Shown in pieces: positions 32,286 through 44,055 of a DNA stretch of 64,000 nucleotides (positions are counted from its first letter, which is position 1; every line of letters begins with the position of its first letter). The position numbers were made by a program, and so were the translations under genes. Origin of the DNA: an uncultured delta proteobacterium (GTDB taxonomy: Bacteria > Myxococcota_A > Polyangia > Polyangiales > Polyangiaceae); the NCBI GenBank assembly GCA_963841435.1, contig CAWJCS010000005.1, forward strand, positions 608,001 to 672,000, read 5' to 3'. The notes beneath the pieces were generated by a model. It was not told the origin of the DNA. It did not search any database and saw only the letters and a program-made list of their open reading frames with translations.

Positions 32286-33362
32286 GTGAGCGACCTCGAC
32301 GCCAGAGTCGCAAGCCTCTTGACCGTGGGCTTTGGCGGAAGGGTCGTCGACCCGGATCTCGACGGCTTGCTTGCGCGCGGCGTGGGGGGCGCCGTGCTCT
32401 TCTCGCGCAACGTCGGCGCGGCGCGTGAGGTCCGCGAGCTGACGGTCGAGCTAAAGCGCCGAGCCCGCGGGCCGCTCTTCGTGGCCGTCGACCAGGAAGG
32501 CGGGAAGGTCGCTCGGCTGAGGGAGGGCTTCACCCGCCTGCCCCCACTGCGCGCGCTCGGCGAACGCAACGATCCGGCGCTCTCGCGTGACTATGGGCGC
32601 CTCGTCGGCAGGGAGCTCCGTGCCGTGGGGGTGGACCTCGACTTCGCGCCCGTGCTCGACGTGGACACGAACCCCGAAAATCCGGTGATCGGCGAGCGCT
32701 CGCTGGGATCCGACCCTACCCGCGTGGCGCTCCACGGCGTCGCATTCGCCGAGGGGCTCATGAGCGAGGGCGTCGCGGCGTGCGGCAAGCACTTTCCCGG
32801 CCATGGCGACACACGGAGCGACTCGCACCTCGAGCTACCGCGGCTGCCGCACACGATGGAGCGCCTCGAAGAGGTCGAGCTGGTACCGTTTCGCGCCGCC
32901 GCTCGCGCGGGGTTTCCCGCGATCATGACCGCGCACGTCGTGTTCGAGGCGCTCGATCCGACTCGGCCCGCCACGTTGAGCCCCGCGGTCGTCGGCGGGC
33001 TCTTGCGGCGGACCATCGGTTTTTCGGGCGTCGTTTTCAGCGACGACCTCGAGATGCGTGCGATCGCCGATCACTACGCCATCGAGGAGGTCGTCGTTGG
33101 CGGCCTCGAGGCGGGGGTCTCTGCCTTCCTCGTGTGCCACGACACGGCGCTCGCCCATCGGGCCATCGACGCTGCTGCGGCCGCCGTGCGCCGCGGCGTC
33201 CTTCCCGAGGCGCGCATCCACGAAGCCGCGGACCGCGTCGCGGCTCTCGCCCGGCGATTCGCGGGGCCGCCCGCAGACGAGCCAGCACTGTCACGGCTAG
33301 CATCCGAAGAACACCGGGCGCTCGTGCGCCGCGTCGAGGGCGAAGAGCGCGGGGCAGCGTGA
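32286..33362 (+). CDS. nagZ: Beta-N-acetylhexosaminidase (GH3)
   Basis: DQEGGKVAR, APVLDV, KHFPGHG...DSH, FSDDLEM. Confidence 0.93.
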   Translation: MSDLDARVASLLTVGFGGRVVDPDLDGLLARGVGGAVLFSRNVGAAREVRELTVELKRRARGPLFVAVDQEGGKVARLREGFTRLPPLRALGERNDPALSRDYGRLVGRELRAVGVDLDFAPVLDVDTNPENPVIGERSLGSDPTRVALHGVAFAEGLMSEGVAACGKHFPGHGDTRSDSHLELPRLPHTMERLEEVELVPFRAAARAGFPAIMTAHVVFEALDPTRPATLSPAVVGGLLRRTIGFSGVVFSDDLEMRAIADHYAIEEVVVGGLEAGVSAFLVCHDTALAHRAIDAAAAAVRRGVLPEARIHEAADRVAALARRFAGPPADEPALSRLASEEHRALVRRVEGEERGAA

Positions 33363-33414
33363 CGGCCGCGTCCTATGTGGCGCGCCAAACACCGCCGCCA
33401 CACACTGATGGCGC

Positions 33415-33753
33415 TCAGTGCGAGTGCGCGCCACCCTCGGCGTGCGCCCCACCCGCGCCGCCCTCACCGCCCGCGCCGCCCGCGCCGCCCTCGGGAATGA
33501 CCGCTGCCTCGCAGAGCGCGATGCACTCGTCGTACACCTTGAGGCACTGCTTGCCGTCGCCATCGTGGCCGGTTTCGTGGCATTCCTCGTAGCGGCCGCC
33601 GAGCGCCTCGGCGACCTCATGGCACTTCTCCCCGAGTTCCAGGCACTCGGCTTTGCCGTCGTGAAGAGGCGCGACGACCGTCTCGTCGCACGCGACGATC
33701 GCAATCACGCCAAGGGAGGACGCAAGCAAACAAGCCTTCATGAGGTGACGCAT
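33415..33753 (-). CDS. Small Cys/His-rich lipoprotein
   Basis: Lipobox IVAC; six further Cys, two CHE motifs, Gly tail ending HSH. Confidence 0.75.
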   Translation of the reverse strand: MRHLMKACLLASSLGVIAIVACDETVVAPLHDGKAECLELGEKCHEVAEALGGRYEECHETGHDGDGKQCLKVYDECIALCEAAVIPEGGAGGAGGEGGAGGAHAEGGAHSH

Positions 33754-33848
33754 GCGGTCGTCATAGCCGGTGGTGTTTTGACGCGCAACGGCCGGCGGGG
33801 CCAATTTTGGGGGGACGATACCGCATTGCGATCGGCTAGCCTGAGGCC

Positions 33849-35063
33849 GTGAGGGCCTTCCCGACTCGCCTGTTTCTATTCGCCTTTCTCGGCTGGGCGT
33901 TCGACTTCTACGATCTCGTCCTGCTCGGTTTCATCAAGGGCGACGTCGGGCGGGACCTCGGCATCTCGCACCAGGCCGAGGCGTGGCTGCTCGGCGTGGC
34001 ACTCAGCACTTCGGGTGTCGGCGGGATCGTGGGAGGCCTGCTCGCCGATCGACTGGGCAAGCGCCGCGTGCTCGCGCTCACCATCGCCCTTTACTCACTG
34101 GGATCGCTGGTGTGCGGCCTTTCGCCCTCCATCGAGGTGTTCGTCGCCGGGCGAGCGCTCGTGGGTCTCGGCGTGGGCGGTGAGTGGGCCGTGGGGCACG
34201 GCATGCTCGCCGAGGCCGTCGAACCGGGGTACCGCGGTCGCGCTTCGGCGGCGCTGCAGGCCGGTGAGCCCGTCGGTGTCGCGCTCGCTGCGTTCGCAGG
34301 CTTCCTTTTGGTGCCGCTCGTGGGTTGGCGATGGGTGCTCATCGGCTCGAGCGCCACGGCGCTGCTCGCGCTCGCCGCGCGTCGTTCGCTGCACCTGCCG
34401 GACGAGCCGGTGACCCAGCGCCCCCCCTTCTCCGCGCTCCTCGGCTACGGGCTACCGTCACGCATGTTCCGGGCCTGGATGCTCGGCGTCTTCAAGCTCG
34501 GCACGTACTGGACCTGCTACACGTGGCTGCCCACCTTCCTCCTGATGCAGATGCATCAGTCGGTCGGCCGCAGCCTGACGTGGGTGGTGACGGCGCAGGT
34601 CGGCCAGTTCATCGGTATGCTGACCTTCGGACGCGTCGCCGATCGGGTCGGCCGACGCATCGCGTACTCGGTCTATTCCGTGCTCACGGCCTGCGCGCTC
34701 GCGCCGCTGGCCTTCGCCTGGCAAACGCTGTCGGCGTATCCGCTGCTTTTCTGGACGACGATGTTCCTGCTCGGCCTCGGCTCGGGCTGCACGGCCGGCT
34801 TCGGCGCGCTGCTCGCCGAGCTCTTCCCGACCGAGGTCCGCGGCACCGCCATGGGCACGACGTACAACCTCGCCCGCGCCGCCCAGCTCGGCGCACCCGT
34901 GATCGTGAGCATGGCGGTCGACCGTGGCGGGCTCGCGGGCGGTCTCAGCGTGCCCATCGTCCTCGCTTTGCTCACGGCGTCGTGGGTGTGGGTACTGCCC
35001 GAAACGCGCGGGATCGCGCTACCGACGCTCGCAACCAGCGGTGCCCGCACGAAGTCCAGATAG
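33849..35063 (+). CDS. MFS transporter (SHS/AAHS-like)
   Basis: GWAFDFYD, LADRLGKRR, GVGGEW, ELFPTEVRG; 12-TM pattern. Confidence 0.92.
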   Translation: MRAFPTRLFLFAFLGWAFDFYDLVLLGFIKGDVGRDLGISHQAEAWLLGVALSTSGVGGIVGGLLADRLGKRRVLALTIALYSLGSLVCGLSPSIEVFVAGRALVGLGVGGEWAVGHGMLAEAVEPGYRGRASAALQAGEPVGVALAAFAGFLLVPLVGWRWVLIGSSATALLALAARRSLHLPDEPVTQRPPFSALLGYGLPSRMFRAWMLGVFKLGTYWTCYTWLPTFLLMQMHQSVGRSLTWVVTAQVGQFIGMLTFGRVADRVGRRIAYSVYSVLTACALAPLAFAWQTLSAYPLLFWTTMFLLGLGSGCTAGFGALLAELFPTEVRGTAMGTTYNLARAAQLGAPVIVSMAVDRGGLAGGLSVPIVLALLTASWVWVLPETRGIALPTLATSGARTKSR

Positions 35064-35126
35064 AGAGACGCGGAGACCCCGCGTCGCAAGCCACGCACGG
35101 CGAGCGCAGCTGCCGGGAAGCTCGGT

Positions 35127-36527
35127 TCAGGTGATCGACGGGCTCGTGAGCGGCCCGGTCACGTACTGGGAGTTGCCGAACGTCGTCCGGTTGTCGCCGA
35201 ACAGGTTCAGGATCGAGACGAGCAGATTGTTGTGCGACTGCCCGGGGTACTTGACGAACCGCCCCGTGCGGAGACCGCCGCCATTGCCCGCCAGCATGAA
35301 CGGCATGTTCTGCTTCTTGTGCGAGGGCGGATCGGAAAGCTCCGAGCCGAAGAACACGACGCTCTCGTCGAGCAACGAGTGACCGCCCATATCGACTGCG
35401 GCCATCGCCTGGATGAGGTGCAGGTGCATCTGCGAGTACCAGATGCCGATCTTCTCGCAGGCCGGCGCGTTGAAACCGCCGTCGTGCTGGTAGAAGTGGT
35501 GGTGCTCGCTGAGGCTCAACCAGGGGAAGGTGTGCTTCGCCTCGGTGTCGCTCCATTGCAGCGTGGCAACGCTCGTGCGGTCGCACGCTAGCGCCATCAC
35601 GAGCATGTCCATCATCAGCGTGCCGACCTTCGGGATCGCGGCGTCGGTCTGCGTGTCCTTGATGGAGCCGTCGTCCGCGGAGTTCAGGCCCGACTTCGCG
35701 TTGTAGTCGCTGGTGTCGATCAGCGTGGGCGGCATGCACCCGCTGCCCGTCGTCGTCGTGGTCATCAGGCCGTTTTCGATCTCGCGGATCTTGTCCAGGT
35801 GATCTTGCAGCTTGATGCGGTCCGTAGCGCCCACCTTCGCGGTGAGCGCCGTGTATTTCTTGTCGACGAAGTCGAGAATGGACTTCTTACGCACGAGCGC
35901 CGTGTCCATGGCGGGGGTCATGGGCATCAGGCTGCCGAACAGCGAGTCCCAGATCTCGGACGGCTCGAGGCGCGGGGGAATGGGCGCGTTCTGCGACGTG
36001 TCCTCGAAGTTCATCGAGTTGATCGGGCTCAGCAGGCCGTGCGATTTCCCCGTCGCCCAGCGAACGGCAATCTGCAGGCTCGACATCGGCTTGACGCCCT
36101 TGGAAATCTTGGTGGCGATCACCTGGTCGATCGACGCGCTGTCGGCGCCGGCGCGGCCGGCCGAGTACTTCTGCGCCGTTCCCTGCACGGCGCCCGTCAG
36201 AAACCCGATGATGCCAGCCTGATGCTGCTCACCGACCGCGCTCTTCATCTCGAGCCCGTCGATGATGAGCAGCTTGTCCTTCACGGGCTCGAGCGGCGCG
36301 AGGATCGTGCCGTAGACGGGCGCCGTTTCCGTGCCCGTCGGTCGCCACTTGTCGATCACCGTGCCGCCGGGCTGATACACGCCGATGAAACGCTGGGCGG
36401 TCGCGGGCGTGGTCTGGGCCGTCGCGTCGTCCTCCATGCATTCGAGCCAGGGCAGCCCGATCGCAATCGTGCCCGCACCGCGAATCACGGCTCGTCGACT
36501 GAGGCGAAACTTCTTCGTGGTCATCAT
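35127..36527 (-). CDS. DUF1552-family protein, copy 1
   Basis: SRRAVIRGAG..IGLPWLE leader, SIDQVIA, DRIKLQDHLDKIREIE, ALACDRTSV, SLLDESVV, MPFMLAG. Confidence 0.85.
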   Translation of the reverse strand: MMTTKKFRLSRRAVIRGAGTIAIGLPWLECMEDDATAQTTPATAQRFIGVYQPGGTVIDKWRPTGTETAPVYGTILAPLEPVKDKLLIIDGLEMKSAVGEQHQAGIIGFLTGAVQGTAQKYSAGRAGADSASIDQVIATKISKGVKPMSSLQIAVRWATGKSHGLLSPINSMNFEDTSQNAPIPPRLEPSEIWDSLFGSLMPMTPAMDTALVRKKSILDFVDKKYTALTAKVGATDRIKLQDHLDKIREIENGLMTTTTTGSGCMPPTLIDTSDYNAKSGLNSADDGSIKDTQTDAAIPKVGTLMMDMLVMALACDRTSVATLQWSDTEAKHTFPWLSLSEHHHFYQHDGGFNAPACEKIGIWYSQMHLHLIQAMAAVDMGGHSLLDESVVFFGSELSDPPSHKKQNMPFMLAGNGGGLRTGRFVKYPGQSHNNLLVSILNLFGDNRTTFGNSQYVTGPLTSPSIT

Positions 36528-38377
36528 TGCGCGCCGAGGTAGAGAAAGCCGTCGGTCTGCGTGAGATCGAGCAGCATCTTCTTGATGTTGAAGCCGGACT
36601 GGCGAAACGCTGCGGCGAGGGCTTCACGCTGGCACACGTCCTGCGGGCTATCTGCCTGGAGCGTCTGTCCGTAGGCGTAGTCGAGCCACTTCGACACAAA
36701 ACAGTTTTGAACTTCCTGGTTCTGGGCGAGCTTCTGCACGAGCTCGATGGGACCGCTGACGGCACCGTCCGGCATGTCGGGGATCTCCCCGCTCGCGTCG
36801 ATGGTCTCGCCGTTCTCCGTGGCGCGGTACAGGCCCACGGCATCGTAGTTTTCGAGCGCGAAGCCCATCGGGTCCATCTGCGAGTGACAACCGCGGCACG
36901 ATGGATCCTGGCTGTGCAGCGTGTAGCGCTCGCGGCCCGTGGCGGCGGAGTATGGATCCGGCGGCGTCACCATGAGGCCGATCGGGACCTCGAGGCCTCG
37001 GCACATGAGCTGATTGATGACGAAGGCACCGCGCCGCACCGGGTTCGTGAAGTTCGTGACGGTGGTACCCGTCATGACGCCGCCTTGCGTGAGGAGCCCG
37101 AGGCGCTGTGTCGTATCGACCGGAGCCTTCTGGAAGGTGTCACCCGTGACGCCGGGGATGCCGTAGTACGCAGCGAGCTGCTGGTTCACGAAGGTGTACG
37201 GCTCGGTGAGGATGCCCGTCCAGGTGCCGGGACCGTCGAAGACCTCGTAGTCGAGGTAGGTCCGAGTCTCCTGGACCATGAGTGAGCCGATCGTCGAGTT
37301 GAACGTCGGGTACTGATTTATATCGCGCGCTTCGTCGGTCAGGCCCGTGAGCGGCAGCAGGCCATCGAAGAAGAAGCGCACGATCTGGCGGGTCTGAGGA
37401 TCGGCAAGCAGGCGCTGGGCCTGAGCGAGCACACCCTCGTTCGTGAGAAGCTCACCCGAGGCCGCGGCTGCCGTGAGCTCGGCGTCGGGCATCGTGCCCC
37501 AGAAGAAGTACGAGAGGCGCGTCGCCATCTCGGGGCCCGTCGGTCGCTTGACGGCGGGATTTTGCGCGTCGGGGGTGCCGAACTCGACGCGGTAGAGGAA
37601 ATCCGGCGACTGGAGCGCCGCTTCGATCACCGCGGCGATGGCGCTCGCGAAGTCGTTGTCAACTCGCACGGCGTCGAAGAGCGCGAGGTATTCGTCGGCC
37701 TCGCCCGCCACGAGCGGACGGCGATACGCTTTCGGCACGAACTTTTCGACGATGGTTCGCGCGCAAGCCGCTTCGTTTGCGCTCGTCACGTTGGCAGCGC
37801 ACGCGTCGAGCGTCGTAGGCGTCGCGGTGACGCGCGCCGCGATGTCGGCCGCGACGGCACCGTAGCCCTCGGCGAGGACGACGGGGACCGGCTGCTGATC
37901 GGCATCGTTGCCGAAGCCGTTGCCCGTGAGCTCGGCCGGGAACGCGAATGCCGGCTGCGTGTCGTCGCCCAGCAGATCGCGAACGGTGTTGTTGTACTCG
38001 ACCTTCGTGAGCCGCCGGAGTGGGGCTCTGCCGGGAGTGATGGCTGCCTGGTCGGCGCACTGCGTGGGCAGGGGCGGTGCACCGCCGCTACCGGCGCCCG
38101 TTCCACCCGCACCGCTCAGCGCGCCGCCCGTGCCAGTGTTCCCGGTTCCGGCAACGCCACCGGTTCCGCCAGTGGCGCTCGTATTGCCCGAGCCGCCGGC
38201 CGAGGGTCCGGCTCCGCCCGCTGCACCCGCACCCATGGTCGCGCCCGACCCGGTCATGGCGCCGCTGCCCTGTGTTCCGCCGCCGTTGACCTCCCCCGTG
38301 CAGCCCGCGAGCACGAGCAGAGCAAAAGGAAGCCCCAGGAACCTTACGGAGGCGTGTGACGGTCGACGGGCTTTCAT
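36524..38377 (-). CDS. DUF1587/1595/1592/1588/1585 heme-c lipoprotein, copy 1
   Basis: Lipobox LAGC, Gly linker, LRRLTKVEYNNTVRDLL, LQSPDFLYRVE, ATRLSYFFW, CRGCH, MGFALENYDAVG. Confidence 0.85.
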   Translation of the reverse strand: MKARRPSHASVRFLGLPFALLVLAGCTGEVNGGGTQGSGAMTGSGATMGAGAAGGAGPSAGGSGNTSATGGTGGVAGTGNTGTGGALSGAGGTGAGSGGAPPLPTQCADQAAITPGRAPLRRLTKVEYNNTVRDLLGDDTQPAFAFPAELTGNGFGNDADQQPVPVVLAEGYGAVAADIAARVTATPTTLDACAANVTSANEAACARTIVEKFVPKAYRRPLVAGEADEYLALFDAVRVDNDFASAIAAVIEAALQSPDFLYRVEFGTPDAQNPAVKRPTGPEMATRLSYFFWGTMPDAELTAAAASGELLTNEGVLAQAQRLLADPQTRQIVRFFFDGLLPLTGLTDEARDINQYPTFNSTIGSLMVQETRTYLDYEVFDGPGTWTGILTEPYTFVNQQLAAYYGIPGVTGDTFQKAPVDTTQRLGLLTQGGVMTGTTVTNFTNPVRRGAFVINQLMCRGLEVPIGLMVTPPDPYSAATGRERYTLHSQDPSCRGCHSQMDPMGFALENYDAVGLYRATENGETIDASGEIPDMPDGAVSGPIELVQKLAQNQEVQNCFVSKWLDYAYGQTLQADSPQDVCQREALAAAFRQSGFNIKKMLLDLTQTDGFLYLGAQ

Positions 38378-38498
38378 TGGGCTGGGGCGGAGGCGCTCAA
38401 CGTAAATCATCGCATTTTTTTCGGGCAGTCGCATCCTGATGGCACCCACGTGTAATGACGGTCGGTGTCAGCCATTTGAGTCACGAATCTTGCGAGGA

Positions 38499-38529
38499 GA
38501 AATGCCCGCGCTTCCTCACACGGCATTTC
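38499..38529. promoter_or_regulatory. 8-bp inverted repeat upstream of DUF1592 operon 1
   Basis: GAAATGCC-N15-GGCATTTC in intergenic DNA. Confidence 0.35.
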
Positions 38530-38639
38530 GAGGGGCGGATGAGGTGTGATCCACAAAGGGTGCGCTCACTGGACTTTTCCATGCAGGAAAGAAGCGGGGC
38601 GAACTGCGGGCGCTGCGGGCGGGCCGCGTCCAGACGCGC

Positions 38640-41600
38640 CTACGCGAAAAAGGGCTTGAGAACACGTCCCGTGGGTGTGGCGCGACGCGCCACCCTCTGG
38701 GGTGGGCCGCTCGCGACGAGGCGCCCGCCGCGCTCGCCTCCCTCGGGGCCCAGCTCGACGAGCCAATCGGCCCCGGCCATCACCTCCGGGTGATGCTCGA
38801 TGACGACGAGGGTGTCGCCGCGATCGACGAGCCGGCCGAGGACGCTCATGAGCTTTTCCACGTCGGCAACGTGCAAACCGGTCGTCGGCTCGTCGAGGAC
38901 GTAGAGGGTCTTCTCGTGACGGGCCCCGGCCGTGAGCTCGGAAGCGAGCTTGAGGCGCTGGGCCTCGCCGCCTGACAGCGTGTGTGAGCCCTGCCCGAGG
39001 GTGACGTAACCCGCGCCGAGGTCGCACAGCGTCTGGAGCGGCGCGTTGATCGGGGGGTGGTGCTCGAACACGCCCACCGCTTGCTCCGCGGTGAGGCCCA
39101 GCACCTCGCCGGCGGAGAGCCCCCGGTAGCGCACGCCGAGCGTCTCTGGCTCGAAGCGCTGCCCCCCGCAGGCCGGGCAGGCCGTAACGACGTCCGGCAG
39201 GAAGGACATCTCGTGGGTGATCGCTCCCTGCCCTTCGCAGGAGGTGCAGCGGCCTCCTCTCTCGACGTTGAAGGAGAAACGGCCCGCGGCGAAGCCTCGG
39301 ATTTTCGCCTCGGGCGTCGTGGCAAAAAGACGCCGAATGTGGTCCCAAATCCCGAGGAACGTCGCTGGGACCGAGCGCGGCGTGCGGCCGATGGGCGACT
39401 GATCGACCGAGATCGCCCGCTCGAGCGCGCGGTGGCCTTCCAGGCGCCCGAAGGCGCCGGGCTTCTCTGTCACGAGCCCGAGCGCTTGACGCAGGGCCGG
39501 CAAGAGCACGCCGCGCACGAGCGTGCTCTTGCCGGAGCCGCTGACTCCAGCCACGACGACGAGCCTGCCGAGGGGCACCCTGAGCTCGACGTCCTTCAGG
39601 TTGTGCTCCCGTGCTCCGGCGAGAACGAGCTCCGGATGGTCGCTCTCGACCGTCAACGCTTGTCGCGGTCGCGCCCGGCGCGCGAGCGCGCGACCCGTGG
39701 GTGAGGTCGGGTCGCGGAGCACCGCTGCTGCAGGGCCGCTCGCGACGACGTGGCCACCGCGTGCGCCACCGCCCGGGCCGAGATCGATGAGGTGGTCGGC
39801 CGCGCGGATCGTATCGACGTCGTGCTCGACAACGAGCACGGTGGAACCGATGTCGACGAGCGCTCGCAGATTTTCGAGCAGGCGCCCGGTGTCACGCGGG
39901 TGCAAGCCGATGGTGGGCTCGTCGAGCACGTAGAGGGCGCCAGTGAGGCCGGCGCCTAGCTGAGCGGCGAGGCGCAACCGCTGCATCTCGCCGCCCGAAA
40001 GGCTGCGCGCGGCGCGATCGAGAGAGAGATAGCCGAGCCCGACCGTCCCGAGGAACTCGAGCCGACGCAAGAGCTCGGCGAGAGGCGCGCGGGCAACGAG
40101 CTCGGTGTCGCCCTCGAAGTGCCACGCGCGCACGCGCTCGAGCACCGAAGCCACAGAACGCTGCGAAAGCTCGTGGTAGCGCTCACCTTCGAGGCGGACC
40201 GCGCGAGGCAGCGGCGAGAGGCGGGCGCCGTGGCAGTCGGGGCAGGGCCGTTCGACGGGCGGGGGTGCGGGTCCGCGCACCTTCTTGCGCCCCCGCTTGG
40301 CCTCCTCGACGAGCACGCCGGCCCCCTCACAGCGCTCGCAGCGACCCTGGCGAGTGTTGAACGAGAACCAGCGCGGATCGAGCTCGGGGACCGAGAACCC
40401 GCACACGGGACAAGCGCTCGTCGTCGAGAAGAGTGTCTCTCGCCCGGCCTCCGATCGGAGCTTGAGCGCCCCTTCTCCCCACCCGAGCGCGCGCTCGAAG
40501 TCGCCGGGCTCGAAGCGCTTCGCCTCGTCGGGGCCGGCGATCACCAGATCGATGTCGTGCTCGACGCTCTTCTTGAGCTTCGGTGGATCGTCGGTCGAAA
40601 CGAGCTTGCCGTCGCAGAAGGCCTCGGCGATGCCCGCGCGCTGCGCAGCCGAAAAGACCTCGAGGTAGGTGCCCTTGCGCGCGCGAACCACGGGCGCGAG
40701 CAGCCGGTGCCGCCCGCGCACGCGCGCGACGCTCGCGCGGACGGCCGCCGGCGTCGTGCGCGCGATGGGCTCTTCGTGATCGGGACAGTGCGGCGTTCCC
40801 ACCTTGGCGTAGAGCAGTCGGAGGTAGTGCGCCACTTCCGTCACCGTGGCGACGGTCGAGCTCGCGCCCGCACGTGCCGTGCGCTGCTCGAGAGCGATGG
40901 CGGGGGGGATGCCCGTCACACGGTCGACATTCGGCCGCGGCATCGTGGGCAAGAACTGGCGCGCGTACGGTGTCAGCGTCTCGAGGAACCGGCGCTGCCC
41001 CTCGGCGAAGATCACGTCGAACGCGAGCGTGCTCTTGCCGGAACCGCTCGGACCCGTGACCACGGTGAGCGCTCCGTGTGGAATCGCGACCGTCACGTCT
41101 TTCAGGTTGTGCTCCCTGGCGCGCGAAACCTGCAGCGAGCGCGGCTCTCGGGCTTCGCGCGGGCGCTCGGTGGGCGCCGCGCGCGGGGCCTCGCGCTCGG
41201 CGGCGTGCGCCGCGAGCGCCGTGCCGGTCCGGGTCGGGAGCTTCGCCACCTCGGCGGGCGTGCCGGACCCCACGACGAGGCCACCGTCCGCACCCGCACC
41301 GGGGCCGAGGTCGACCACGAAGTCCGACGAGCCCACGAGGTCGAGGTCGTGCTCGACGACGATCACGCTGCCGCCGCCCTGCACGATGGCGTCGAAGGTC
41401 TCGAGCACGCGAGCGACCTCGTCGGCGTGCAGCCCGGCGCTCGGCTCGTCGAGAATCAGGAGCGAACCGGGGCGATGGTCGGCGAGGGCGCGCGCGAGCT
41501 TGAGACGCTGGGCCTCGCCGCCCGAGAGCGTAGAGAGCGGCTGCCCGAGCCGCAAGTAGCCGAGCCCGAGCCGCTCGAGCGGGCCGAGCGCGCGGAGCAC

Positions 41601-43935
41601 GGCTGCTTCGCCAGCGAAGATGCCCAGCGCTTCGCTCACGGTCACCTCGAGCAGCTCCGCGATGCTGACGCCGCGATGCCGTACGGCGAGCACGCGGTCT
41701 TGAAACCGCTTGCCCTTACAAACGGGGCAAATGAGCCTCACGTCCGCGAGAAACTGCATCTCCACCGTCTCGTAGCCCTCGCCCGAGCAGCTTTCGCAGC
41801 GACCCGCCGCCACGTTGAAGGAGAAGCTCGACGGCCCGAGCCCGCGCGCGACGGCCTCCGGCTCCCGGGCGTACAGCGCGCGCACTACGTCCCACGCCTT
41901 CGTGTACGTCGCCGCGTTCCCGCGCGAAGTGCGCCCGAGCGGCAGCTGATCGACGAGCGTCACGTGCTTCACGGCGTCGGCTCCGTCGATCGCGGTGTGC
42001 TCGCCGGGCTGCTCGAGGTCGAGGTCGCCCAGGCGGCGAGCGAGCGCCCGGTAGAGCACGTCGACGACGAGCGTGCTCTTGCCCGAGCCGCTCGGACCGG
42101 ACACGGCGCAAACGACGCCGAGCGGCAAGCGCACGTCGATACCGCGCAGGTTGTTTTCGCTCGCGCCGCGCACGACGAGCTCCCCGTGCGGTACGCGGGA
42201 CCCGCCCGGGAAATCTGACGCCGCGGAGCGCGCGACCCGTGGCCGTTTCGCTGCTCGTGAACGCCGAAGGGGGCCCGTCACGCACGATGCGCCCGCCCTG
42301 GCTACCCGCGCCCGGTCCGATCTCGAGCACGCGGTCGGCGGCGCGGATCAGCGCCGGATCGTGCTCGACGACGAGCACGACGTTGTCGCGCTCGGCAAGC
42401 TCGCGCAGCACGGCGCCGAGCGGCGGCACGTCGCTCGGGTGGAGGCCCACCGTCGGCTCGTCGAGCACGAACAGCGCGCTCTCGAGCGACGTGCCGAGTG
42501 CCGCCGTCAGCGTCACGCGCTGGGCCTCACCGCCCGAGAGGGTGCGCGCCTGGCGATCGAGCGTCAGGTAGCCGAGCCCGACTCGCTCGAGGTACGTCAG
42601 GCGCCCTTCGAGCTCCCGCCGCGCAAGCTCGCCCTGACCGGTGTCCGTCGCGAGGACGGCAATCTCCCGGCGCGCAACGCCGATCTCGAGGCCGTGCCAG
42701 GCGGCGAGATCGCGTCCCCCCACGCGGAACGAGAGTGCCGTGTCGTTCAGTCGCCGCCCGCCGCAGGTCCGGCACACGTCGTACCGGCGATAGCGCGCGA
42801 GCAGCACGCGTACGTGAAGCTTGTACGTCTTGGTCTCGAGCCAGCGGAACCAGCCAAGCACACCCGGGAATTTCCCCTTGTTCCAGCTGCCGTCGCCTTC
42901 GAGCACCACGAGGCGCTGGGCGGCGGAGAGCGCGGACCACGGCTCGTCGAGCGGCACGCCGCTGCGCTTGCAGAGCTTTGCGAGCTCGCTGCGCTCCCAG
43001 CGCGTGGAGGCACCGCGAAAGGGCCGCACCGCACCTTTCGCGATCGAGCGCGTCGGGTCCGGCACCACCTTTTGAACGTCGATGCCGAGCGTGCGACCGA
43101 AACCGCGACAGGTGCTGCACGCGCCGATCGGCGAGTCGTACGAAAAGAGCCCGCCGCGTGGTGCCTCGAGCGCACGCCCGCAGCGCGGACAACCGTACCC
43201 ACGCTGTACGGCAAGCGTGCGGCCGCCGGTATGCGCCCGAACGCGCCCCTCGGCACGCGCCCAGCCGACCTCGACCGCTTGCGCGAGACGCGCGGTGTCA
43301 CGCGCGGGAACGAGCCTGTCGAGCACGACGGCAAGCTCGGGGCCGTCGGCGAGCGCGCGGGACGGGGCGAGACCGTCGAGATCGACGGCTTCGTCGCCGC
43401 ACAGCACGCGGCGATAACCATCGCGGATCAGCGACTCGCGCACCTCGAGGTAGCGTTCCGCGTCTGCGACGGAAAGCGGGTAGGTGAGCACGGTGCGCTC
43501 CGTGCCGAGGGCCTCCGCTACGCGTTTCGCAGCGGATTGGGCGTCGAGCCAAACGGCGTCGACATGGTGCTCGGGACACACGGGCCGCGCCTCGCGCAGG
43601 AACAGCGCACAAAGGTACGGATCGATGTCCGCCATCGTCGCGAGGGTCGAGCGTGAGCTCTTGATGGGCGCGCGGCGGTCCACTGCGATGCCCGCGGGGA
43701 CCGGCTCGAGCCGCTTGAGGGGTGGGCGCTCGAGCCGCTCGAGAAACTGGCGCGCGTAGGGGCTGAAGCTCTCCACGAAGCGGCGTTGCCCTTCGGCGTA
43801 GAGCGTGTCGATGGCGAGGCTGCTCTTGCCCGCGCCGGACACGCCCGCAACGACGACGAGCTCGCCCGGCACGAGCTCGAGGTCGACCCCGTGCAGGTTG
43901 TGGGTCTCGGCGCCTTCGAGCAGGGTGTGGAGCAT
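38640..43935 (-). CDS. uvrA: Double-length excinuclease ABC subunit A (four ABC ATPase domains); frameshift near 42180-42215
   Basis: Four Walker A motifs (GVSGAGKS, GPSGSGKS twice, GVSGSGKS), four LSGGE signatures, Zn fingers; ORFs 41716..43935 and 38640..42281 join to about 1765 aa. Confidence 0.92.
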
Positions 43936-44055
43936 GCGCTTCGGAGCGCTACTCTGTCGGTCCGGTCGGGGCCCGCCGCAAGGCCCCCCCAGCGTTTTTG
44001 CCGCGGCGGTGCCGAGGGCGGCGGGCCCGGTCGGCGGGCTCGTGCGCCCGGCGCG

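Noticed and set aside
42180-42215. Programmed frameshift in uvrA at TTTCCCGGG
   Set aside because: Not a canonical slippery heptamer, and unrelated genes in the window show similar single-base breaks.
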